A stretch of DNA of 63,790 nt, the filler included, from Stramenopiles sp. TOSAG23-2 (taxonomy: Eukaryota), in NCBI GenBank assembly GCA_900128395.1. It is 5 parts of 5 records of this genome, joined end to end, with 100 filler letters (N's around TTAATTAATTAA, not from the genome) between each part and the next. Parts side by side here need not be neighbours in the genome. Positions count along the whole stretch, not along the records: positions 29,381 to 58,657 come from LT649392.1; 4 more parts are not named here. One strand, given 5' to 3'. Positions 43,308-52,487 of this stretch are shown one piece after another (the stretch's first letter is position 1; every line of letters begins with the position of its first letter). The position numbers and the translations under genes were made by a program. The notes beneath the pieces are model-generated. The model was not told the origin of the DNA. It did no database searches and saw only the letters and a list, made by a program, of their open reading frames with translations.

Positions 43308-44915
43308 TCAGTTTAAGGCATCGCTAACTACAACACCACAACCAGCAAAACACGCAGAGCATGATAATAAACATTTAATCAGTGATTTACAACTTTGACA
43401 TGTACAACCAGCATAACACAATTTACATGCTTGATATTCACCAATGCCACGAAATCTATACGAATTTCCAGCACCATCGTCCGAGATTAATAATAAACCT
43501 TCCTCACATCCCAAACAATCATTGCCGCATTCTTCTTCAACAAATCCTTCGTTTTGTACATGAAAGTATTTCTCTTGGCCATTTTCAACATTTGGATCTT
43601 TTACTTTTAATATAGCAACTTCTCCAATCTTCATTGATAATAAACCTTCTTCAAGATGGCGATATGTTAGTTGACCAGTATCTCCAATTATACTGTTGCC
43701 TTCACCACCACCAACATCATTTTTGCCGTTTCCAGTACTACTATTATTGTTACTATTATTATTTGCCATGTTTCTTTTTTTCTTTTCATTTAGTTCTTTC
43801 AATGCCGTTACATCCGCCACATCATAATCGTAATGACTGTTTTTAACACTTTTATGCAATGACATTGGTTGAAGTGCTTGTTCAACGTCCCAACTTTTTG
43901 GAAGGCATTGAAGTTTCATTTCATTTTTTCCACTCCATTCTTTATGTTTTGGCAATGATAAATCATTATAGCTAAATGCAGCCCTACAATGTGGGCCAAT
44001 AACACGTTTATGAGCTTTCCCTTTTCTCAAAGTATATTTTTCCACTTTTCGTGGAGATAAAACTAAAAATGGCTCAATATTGCCACTTACTGGATTTGAT
44101 AAAATAACTTTTGTTGTTTTAGGGCAAAATCCAAGAAAGCTAGTAATTCTATCTTTATTTGCAACAACCGCATCAGTAATTTTATATACATATTGGACCT
44201 CGTTTTTCCCTACATTATTAAAATTTTTTGCTATTATCTTACTAACTGATTCGCCTAATTGTTCTAATAGATGGCGATGGCACCTACCAATTTGAATCTG
44301 TATAAAACCATTCGCCTTCGCCTTATCTGCATCTGTATCGTATATATACACAAAAATGTCCAGCAACATGTCCAATAAAGCTAAAACTTCCAATTTATGT
44401 TCTCCTTTAGAATATACGATTGTACCTAATTGATATCCATTCATATAGGTTTGAAGAAATTTTTGTAAATTACTACAGTTTTGTTCAACCCACTCTTCCC
44501 CATTACCATCCATTTGCTTCGGTCCTTTACTATAAATTTTAAATTCACTTTCCACTAAATCTAACTTTTTCTTCATGTCAACATTTAATGATTCATACAC
44601 TTTAGCTTTGATGGGAGCTAAACATTTTTGATAGATTTCAGCTAAGCACGGAGTAATTTGAGTAATATATTTTTTAGAAAAATCATCCCCTTCAAATCGA
44701 TATTCGTTGTTAAATGATATATCAATAACAGCGCGTGCACAAACATTTTGCGTTTCTGCTATCTCCCATACTTTTTGTTCTCTTAAGTCTACGCTCTTCC
44801 AACCTTTCATATCTCTAGAATTTGCACCTACATGAGCTTCTTTATAATCATCATTATCATCACCAGAAGAAGAAGAGGCATCCTCGTTTAAAATTACTTG
44901 ATTCGTAGATGACAT
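43308..44915 (-). CDS. Hypothetical protein with degenerate FKBP-like domain and Cys-rich C-terminus (paralogue B)
   Basis: VEKYTLRKG, LPKSWD, HLEEGLLSMKIGEVAILKV, KYFHVQNEGF; Cys-rich tail; motifs collinear with 39970-41304. Confidence 0.55.
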   Translation of the reverse strand: MSSTNQVILNEDASSSSGDDNDDYKEAHVGANSRDMKGWKSVDLREQKVWEIAETQNVCARAVIDISFNNEYRFEGDDFSKKYITQITPCLAEIYQKCLAPIKAKVYESLNVDMKKKLDLVESEFKIYSKGPKQMDGNGEEWVEQNCSNLQKFLQTYMNGYQLGTIVYSKGEHKLEVLALLDMLLDIFVYIYDTDADKAKANGFIQIQIGRCHRHLLEQLGESVSKIIAKNFNNVGKNEVQYVYKITDAVVANKDRITSFLGFCPKTTKVILSNPVSGNIEPFLVLSPRKVEKYTLRKGKAHKRVIGPHCRAAFSYNDLSLPKHKEWSGKNEMKLQCLPKSWDVEQALQPMSLHKSVKNSHYDYDVADVTALKELNEKKKRNMANNNSNNNSSTGNGKNDVGGGEGNSIIGDTGQLTYRHLEEGLLSMKIGEVAILKVKDPNVENGQEKYFHVQNEGFVEEECGNDCLGCEEGLLLISDDGAGNSYRFRGIGEYQACKLCYAGCTCQSCKSLIKCLLSCSACFAGCGVVVSDALN

Positions 44916-45323
44916 TATTATTATTATGATTTATAAATATAATATTTATATATATATATACTATTACTTCTACGACATAAACAAACTATATTTTTTATCC
45001 TTTTAATATATTGTTGTTGTTATACCTACTGATAAATATTAACAGAATGTTTCGTATTATCTTTTTTTTGCAGTTGTTGTGCTCTTTGCCTTTCTTGTTT
45101 TGGATATATGTACATATTTCATTCATCTCTCCTTGTATTTCATGTGTATTAATTGTTGTTTTTTCTTCCGTTGTTGTTGTTCGATGGCGGCGATATGATA
45201 GGTAATAAGATAGGGAAACTATACTATCACAACGTGTTAAGTATACTTTTATTGCAAAGATATATCATTTGACCGCCGAGAAGAAAATTGAGGCACAGAA
45301 TAAGAAAACAGTAAATTCATATC

Positions 45324-45408
45324 ATATATTTAAAATTACACATCCTGATGCTGCGTAATTACATTAATCAGCGTATCGCAACTATTAAATAATATAATAT
45401 ATTACTCG
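45324..45408. repeat. 85-bp exact repeat, copy 2
   Basis: Identical to 31903-31987; abuts the 0.84-kb duplication. Confidence 0.92.
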
Positions 45409-46249
45409 ATATTATATTGTGTTTTATATTATAAATTATCAAAAGTATATACATAATACACGCACATACATGTATACATATACTCCGTATATTGTATATA
45501 TATTATATATATACGTGTGAACATTTTATGTAATTTTCAAAAAAACGAGGGAAAAAATGGTTCCTTCGTATTTTGATATTTATAAACATGACAAAACAAG
45601 AAGGATTTGATGACGTGATTCGTTCCCGAAAAAAATATCATATATATATATATATACAATCATCATGTCTGTGATTCAATAGTATGGACTGTATCGTAAT
45701 TTGCTTTTGCTTTAGCAACCCATTCTTTATACGTTGCTTCAGATATGGCTTTATTATCAAGTAAGCTTTTAAATTCCATAATTTCCTTTGAAAATAATGT
45801 TAATGCTTCCTTTTTATTTGAATATTTAAGTTGTATCTTATTTTTGTGTCTTTTTATTTCTTTTTGGTTTATTTTTGGTGTACTACTAGTAGTAGTACGG
45901 GTAGTAGTTTTAGTTGTCGTTGTTGATGAATTACTCGAGCTAGCACGACTACCAATACTAGAGCTACTAGAACTAGCAATAATTGTCATACCATTTAAAA
46001 TCGTAGTTTCACTATCATGATTCAGATCCATTACTTGTGTTTGTTTACATGTTGTTGATAAAGAGTTTTTACCTGATGGAGTTGAATTAGGTGTTATCAA
46101 TAATTGTTCTTCATCATCATTTTCTTCTATCGATGAATCATCCGCAGTATTTTCCTCTTCTGAAGAATCTTCCTCTTCTTCTTCTGCTTCCTCCTCCACA
46201 GATTCACTCCCTTCATCAGGCCATACATCAATTGCCTTCACATGTGTTG
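45408..46249. repeat. 0.84-kb direct duplication, copy A
   Basis: Nearly identical to 47189-48029 (only a few substitutions/indels). Confidence 0.95.
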
Positions 46250-46679
46250 GTGATGATGATGATGTATCTTCAATAATAATGTTGTTCTGCTGGCATGTTG
46301 CAGTTACCAATGCCTCCCTGTTATTGCTATTTATCTTCCGTTTCTTACTACGTCGTTCTTGTTTTTTGTTTGTCCGAAAATGTGTTCCAACATGCGTTTG
46401 TATGAAGTGTCGACGTAAATTTACATTTTTCTTGTTAAATTTACCTCTTTTTGTAGAATCCAGTAGCTCCCAGAAAACAATTTTTCCAACATCAAATGAA
46501 GGATTGTCTTTACCTGTGTGTTTATAGTATACATCATTTTGTCGTGTTTTGTCATCGACCATCAAGTGTGACTTGATGCCTCTTGGTCCATCCAGGTTTT
46601 TAACCTCTACATATTTGACTGCAGCAATATCCGGTTTTATTGCCAATGCTGTTGGTATATCAATATATGTCGATGACAT
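45663..46679 (-). CDS. Hypothetical protein; unique N-terminus plus duplicated acidic/SHOCT-like C-terminus
   Basis: Intact 338-aa ORF; last ~195 aa identical to 47440-48564; EIMEFKSLLDNKAISEATY resembles SHOCT. Confidence 0.6.
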   Translation of the reverse strand: MSSTYIDIPTALAIKPDIAAVKYVEVKNLDGPRGIKSHLMVDDKTRQNDVYYKHTGKDNPSFDVGKIVFWELLDSTKRGKFNKKNVNLRRHFIQTHVGTHFRTNKKQERRSKKRKINSNNREALVTATCQQNNIIIEDTSSSSPTHVKAIDVWPDEGSESVEEEAEEEEEDSSEEENTADDSSIEENDDEEQLLITPNSTPSGKNSLSTTCKQTQVMDLNHDSETTILNGMTIIASSSSSSIGSRASSSNSSTTTTKTTTRTTTSSTPKINQKEIKRHKNKIQLKYSNKKEALTLFSKEIMEFKSLLDNKAISEATYKEWVAKAKANYDTVHTIESQT

Positions 46680-47188
46680 GCTGAATTCTTTAGTATAAGA
46701 TATATACAGTTAGAGATGATATATAGACGGACGTACACAGTAAGTAGCCACAATGCTGACAAGAAACTGCAATAATTAATACAATCAATAAATAAGTATC
46801 TTATGTTATTGTATTTTTTGAAAAACGCAATATACAAAATAAACAAGAAGAAAAAAACCCTGGGTAGGAAAATACTTATGTGATGGTACGAATCTGGATC
46901 AAAATGTAAAAATAAAAATAAAATTGTAATATAATAATTTTCTATACAACATTATTTATATGTATATATGTATATGTAAGTATGCATATGTCCTTATGCA
47001 TATGGATATGTCGTCTTGCGATTTTATACCCTGGTGTTTTATACAGGTACCACGTACAGTGTAGTATAAGTAAAATATTTATATAGCTATACCAGCGGAA
47101 ATAGAGAATATTATTATTATTATTGAATTAATCTTCTTAAAATAGATTTAAGCATGCCCGGCATGGTGAGCTATATAGATATTATATA

Positions 47189-48029
47189 GATATTATATTG
47201 TGTTTTATTTTATAAATTATCAAAAGTATATACATATACACGCACATACATGTATACATATACTCCGTATATTGTATATATATTATATATATACGTGTGA
47301 ACATTTTATGTAATATTCAAAAAAACGAGGGAAAAAATGGTTCCTTCGTATTTTGATATTTATAAACATGACAAAACAAGAAGGATTTGATGACGTGATT
47401 CGTTCCCGAAAAAAATATCATATATATATATATATACAATCATCGTGTCTGTGATTCAATAGTATGGACTGTATCGTAATTTGCTTTTGCTTTAGCAACC
47501 CATTCTTTATACGTTGCTTCAGATATGGCTTTATTATCAAGTAAGCTTTTAAATTCCATAATTTCCTTTGAAAATAATGTTAATGCTTCCTTTTTATTTG
47601 AATATTTAAGTTGTATCTTATTTTTGTGTCTTTTTATTTCTTTTTGGTTTATTTTTGGTGTACTACTAGTAGTAGTACGGGTAGTAGTTTTAGTTGTCGT
47701 TGTTGATGAATTACTCGAGCTAGCACGACTACCAATACTAGAGCTACTAGAACTTGCAATAATTGTCATACCATTTAAAATCGTAGTCTCACTATCATGA
47801 TTCAGATCCATTACTTGTGTTTGTTTACATGTTGTTGATAAAGAGTTTTTACCTGATGGAGTTGAATTAGGTGTTATCAATAATTGTTCTTCATCATCAT
47901 TTTCTTCTATCGATGAATCATCCGCAGTATTTTCCTCTTCTGAAGAATCTTCCTCTTCTTCTTCTGCTTCCTCCTCCACAGATTCACTCCCTTCATCAGG
48001 CCATACATCAATTGCCTTCACATGTGTTG
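47189..48029. repeat. 0.84-kb direct duplication, copy B
   Basis: Nearly identical to 45408-46249. Confidence 0.95.
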
Positions 48030-48564
48030 AAAATACACCGTTGTGTTTGTATCTATACAATCTATCAACCCCTTCAAATTTTACTTGCCATACATTATTG
48101 GTAATAATTTTTGCTACTTGGCATCTATAGTAATGATGCGACCACCAGACCCAATACCAGCTGCCTTTCACAGCTTCAGATGGTAATGGTGAATTCGGCA
48201 TTGTAAATACTTTTGTTGCACTTTCCAATAATGTCGAGGATGAGGAGGGTGAGGTAGAAGAAGATGATGAATTTCCTGCGGTTGCATTTTCCACTATGCA
48301 TTTAACAACTTTGTCATTTACTTCAATTACTTTTAATTCTTTACCATGGTAAACCCCTGTTGTGCCTATCTTTGCTTCTAATAACCACTTTGCAAGACTC
48401 TCAATTTTATCATATTTATAATTAATTTTTCGTCGTCGTTTTGTGGATTTCAGTGTATTTTTCTCTGCTAGTTCCTTCCATCGTTTTTTATTATCCTCTG
48501 TAGCATCTCCACTTTCATATCGCACGGGCGGTTTAATTTTACGTTTATTTCTTCTTTTTGGCAT
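47440..48564 (-). CDS. Putative nuclear protein with Tudor-like domain and acidic/SHOCT-like C-terminus
   Basis: Basic NLS-like MPKRRNKRKIKPPVRY; GSWYWVWWSHHYYRCQV..I....WQVKFEG resembles a Tudor/Agenet aromatic cage. Confidence 0.6.
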   Translation of the reverse strand: MPKRRNKRKIKPPVRYESGDATEDNKKRWKELAEKNTLKSTKRRRKINYKYDKIESLAKWLLEAKIGTTGVYHGKELKVIEVNDKVVKCIVENATAGNSSSSSTSPSSSSTLLESATKVFTMPNSPLPSEAVKGSWYWVWWSHHYYRCQVAKIITNNVWQVKFEGVDRLYRYKHNGVFSTHVKAIDVWPDEGSESVEEEAEEEEEDSSEEENTADDSSIEENDDEEQLLITPNSTPSGKNSLSTTCKQTQVMDLNHDSETTILNGMTIIASSSSSSIGSRASSSNSSTTTTKTTTRTTTSSTPKINQKEIKRHKNKIQLKYSNKKEALTLFSKEIMEFKSLLDNKAISEATYKEWVAKAKANYDTVHTIESQTR

Positions 48565-49149
48565 TATTTTGTTTTTATAAATATTTTACACTACGACGGT
48601 ATATGCCTTTGTGTATGTGTATATATATATATATATATGATACTAATATATTTTCTATTTTGAAAAATTACAACAACCAATAAAGTAATATTGGATGATC
48701 AAGGTAGAGGGATGATGTTTACATATATACTACCTGTATCCCGACACATTTTGAATTTCTTTCTATACATGGATTGATTTTTAATATTGAAATATATATA
48801 TATATCTATGCCAACATCAATTATTGATTTATTATTAGCAGGGTAGTATCATAGGCGGTATTGATTATTGGAATAGTGTCTAGAAGATCAAATCGTCTAT
48901 GATGTGCACATGTAACATAATTATCCTAATTAGATATTTATAGATAGAAGGCTAATTATAGTAGAACTTTCTAGCTACGTATTTTACAATGCTACTGCTA
49001 TGTTATTTGTTATAGCATTGCACAGCATAGATATTAACTATTCTGGATACTATAATTTCAATAATGGCCTGCCCCCCAAAAAAAATGGATCTATAAGGTG
49101 CTAAGTACAGATTTAGTATACCACCTATGTGGTTCAAAAAGGTGGTTCC

Positions 49150-49240
49150 CAGTATTCACCTGCTATAGAGGTTTATCTTACACTCACTTCATACTTTATT
49201 CTATACTAATCCTATCAAATACAATAGCAGGTGAATACTG
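49150..49240. repeat. Perfect 17-bp inverted repeat (57-bp spacer); arm also present at 29224-29240
   Basis: CAGTATTCACCTGCTAT (49150-49166) / ATAGCAGGTGAATACTG (49224-49240). Confidence 0.85.
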
Positions 49241-49588
49241 TGGACCTAGGAATAATTTCCTCCGTCTCTTCAGCAGGCAGCAGGAGAATGGAGATCTCTT
49301 CTGCTCTTGTTGGACTGAACGAAGAAATACAAACCACTGACATGAACGATGAACGAATAATAATTGACAATGTACATGAATGATGCAGAGTGTGTGTGTT
49401 GAATTGTGTGTGTATACATATATATATATATGTATATGTGTGTGTGTGTGTGTGTGTGGTATCCATAGATAAGTAGAAGCGACGGAGCGTTGAAAGAGAA
49501 GATAATAGTTATATATGTGTGGCAGTTGTATGTACATATATAATATAATAGAACAATAATACAGTTGAAACCATTATTATTAAATATC

Positions 49589-52351
49589 ATGGCAGATAGT
49601 AAGTTATCAAAGAAAGAGGAAGCGGAAGATAACGCACCTTTTTTATCACGTTTATTAACTGCTGGGACATTAGCTATATTCTTATATAATAGTAAAAGTT
49701 TATGGCGTATAGCACCCAAAACAGCAAAAGCATCATGTACATTATCTTTTTTAACCACGTTGTATCATATATGGAAACGGTATTATATGAAACAAGATAG
49801 TTTCAGCCCACCTCCATGGACAACATCTGCATTATGTGTGGCATTAATAGCCGGACATGCATCAAAGCAGTTAGCAGGTATAGCCTCATCTTTGTCGCGT
49901 TTATTAATATTTTTATGTCTACCTTCTTTTGCATTAGATGCATTCGAGTCGTTAAAGGAGGCAGATACATGTGCAATATTTGCGATGGGAATTGGATCAT
50001 TATACCCTGGTAACAATAGTTCATTAGCTGCTACGATGATTTTATTAATGCTTACCGGTGGTGAAGCATTGGAGGAATATGCGATATATCGTGCCGGTCG
50101 TGATTTGGAAACATTAATTAAAAATTTAAGACTGGAAAAAATGGTTCGTAGAGTCATTATTAAAAATACGGAGAAATACAATCAACAAGAACAATTTCAA
50201 TTGGAAGAAGATCATGATAGTACTGATTTATCATCAGTTGGTGCAATTTCTCCATTACGTACACCACCAGTTAGAAGATCACCTACTAATCAAAGATATC
50301 CTGATACGGAAACGTTAGCAACAGAATTGGTGGAACCTGGTGATATCATTTTATTAAAAGAATCTGAAATTGTACCAGTTGATGGCATAGCAATATCACT
50401 ATGGTCCATTGAAAACAATACATATCAAAATTATATAAACAATAGTAACAACAGTCCAAGTCCTTTGAGACAAAAGGAAAGAGCCGAAACTGGTGGTGGT
50501 GGTGGTGGTGATAACGACGATAATAATAATAACAACACGTATGGCATACCACCACCATCATCATTATCATCATCGTCGCAAAAACAAAATAATAATCGCA
50601 TTCCAATAGTGGATGCAAGTAATGTGACTGGGGAAAGTTATCGTAGGCAACGTTGTACAGAAGGTGAAAAAGTATATTCAGGTTCAATTGTTATGCCTGG
50701 ACCACCATTACTATTAAAAGCTACTAAACCAGCTGGTGAAAGTGTACTTGCATTGTTAAAGAAAGAATTGCAAGATGCACTAGGACAAGAGCGTTCATCT
50801 CATATGGAAGATGTTTGTGCAGCAATCGCAGTTTATTTTACTCCATTCGCATTATGTCTATCCGTTTTTACACTTTTACAAAGGCAAGCATATGCAAATA
50901 GAAGACCTAGGCGACTCGCAAAACAATTAGCAAGTGGTAGAAATTTTGCATGGGAAGCTGCACTTGGTGTCTTGATGGGTGCAACACCATGTCCATTAAG
51001 CATTGGCGTTCCTGTATCGTTTTTATCTGGAACATCATCAGCAGCAAAAAAATACATAACAGTTAAAAGCGGCAGTGCCATTGAACAAATATCAAAAACA
51101 ACTGTGTGTGTTTTTGATAAGACTGGGACATTGACATTTGGTCGTTTAAATGCGAAAAATATTCAATACTTGTGTACAACTTTAAAAAACAATCGGATAG
51201 TAATTAGCAAAGAAGGAATTGATGATGATGATGATAATAATAATAATACCGAGAGTGTGTTGAAAAACACTTGGACAAAATCTAAAATATTATCCATATT
51301 ATCGACGATTGAAGAAAGTAGTGGCAGTGTACATCCAATTGCTAAAGCATTAGTTCAAGCTGAAAATTATGAGAATTCTAGTGAAATGTCTTTGATACAA
51401 GATTTGTTTGACGATACAAGTAGTAATTGGCTATGCGATGATGCTAAAATATGCCCAGGACAAGGTGTTGAAGGCACAATAATTCAAGAAATACTTTTAA
51501 GTGACAATATGAAAACGCCAACAAAACAAGGGAGGGGGAGGGAAAACAGATACAAATATGACCATAGCACTAAATATGATGTTGTTGTTGGGAAAAAAGA
51601 ATTTGTTAATCATAAAATAGCAAAATTAAAAAAAGACTTGTCCTTGTCATTTAACAACGGTAGCACATCAAGCACTACATCCATGCCTTTAGAAGGTGAT
51701 GATTCCGTTCTTACAATTTACTTTGCACTTTCTAGACAGTATTATGATAAGGACGAGGATAAGAACAAAAGTAATAATTCATTGAATACATTTATATTGT
51801 ATGGCTCTATTGATCTAGTTGATAGTATTAGGCCAGGAGCGAAGGAACTAATTGATGAATTACAAAATAAAATTGGTATAAGGACAATGATATTAAGTGG
51901 TGATAGTAGCGATGGTCTTAGAAGTGTTGCAGAGAGAATTGGTATCAAGGAATATCATACTTGTTTACCACATGAAAAATCAAATATGGTAAAGAAATTA
52001 ATGGAAGGTAGTAATGAAACAGTAATGATGGTTGGTGATGGAGTAAATGACGCAGCTGCATTAGCAATGGCAAATGTTGGTGTTTGTATTGGTTTAAATG
52101 ATTTATCAAGTGCAAGTGCTGATATTGTTATCACAGGTGGTCAAGAATTACAAAAAGTTGCATATCTAATTAATTTATGTCGAAAAACAGTTAATGTTGC
52201 AAGGGATGGCGTACGTGTCGGTATGTCTATAAGTGTTTTACAAATGTGTTTAGCTGCTGCTGGTATTGTACCTCCATTTGTAAATGCAATATTACAAGAA
52301 TTTGTAGATTTAGGTGCAATATTAAATGGTTTACGTGTGTTGGCATATTGA
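49589..52351 (+). CDS. P1B-type heavy-metal ATPase with P1B-5 signature motifs
   Basis: GGEALE, E.VPVDG, VTGES, ATPCPL, FDKTGTLT, HP, SGD, MVGDGVNDAAALA; TM motifs G-x3-S-x3-M and P-x6-QE-x2-D-x5-N. Start placed at MADSK. Confidence 0.9.
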   Translation: MADSKLSKKEEAEDNAPFLSRLLTAGTLAIFLYNSKSLWRIAPKTAKASCTLSFLTTLYHIWKRYYMKQDSFSPPPWTTSALCVALIAGHASKQLAGIASSLSRLLIFLCLPSFALDAFESLKEADTCAIFAMGIGSLYPGNNSSLAATMILLMLTGGEALEEYAIYRAGRDLETLIKNLRLEKMVRRVIIKNTEKYNQQEQFQLEEDHDSTDLSSVGAISPLRTPPVRRSPTNQRYPDTETLATELVEPGDIILLKESEIVPVDGIAISLWSIENNTYQNYINNSNNSPSPLRQKERAETGGGGGGDNDDNNNNNTYGIPPPSSLSSSSQKQNNNRIPIVDASNVTGESYRRQRCTEGEKVYSGSIVMPGPPLLLKATKPAGESVLALLKKELQDALGQERSSHMEDVCAAIAVYFTPFALCLSVFTLLQRQAYANRRPRRLAKQLASGRNFAWEAALGVLMGATPCPLSIGVPVSFLSGTSSAAKKYITVKSGSAIEQISKTTVCVFDKTGTLTFGRLNAKNIQYLCTTLKNNRIVISKEGIDDDDDNNNNTESVLKNTWTKSKILSILSTIEESSGSVHPIAKALVQAENYENSSEMSLIQDLFDDTSSNWLCDDAKICPGQGVEGTIIQEILLSDNMKTPTKQGRGRENRYKYDHSTKYDVVVGKKEFVNHKIAKLKKDLSLSFNNGSTSSTTSMPLEGDDSVLTIYFALSRQYYDKDEDKNKSNNSLNTFILYGSIDLVDSIRPGAKELIDELQNKIGIRTMILSGDSSDGLRSVAERIGIKEYHTCLPHEKSNMVKKLMEGSNETVMMVGDGVNDAAALAMANVGVCIGLNDLSSASADIVITGGQELQKVAYLINLCRKTVNVARDGVRVGMSISVLQMCLAAAGIVPPFVNAILQEFVDLGAILNGLRVLAY

Positions 52352-52487
52352 GAGAGAGAGAGAAGTGTGTTTGGTGTTGTTTGTGTGTGAAACATCTCCT
52401 CCTGGTGTAGATTTTAATTTTTTTTTTATTAAAAAAGAGTTATAAAAATTACATGTGGGACATTTTAATAATACACAGATATACAGA

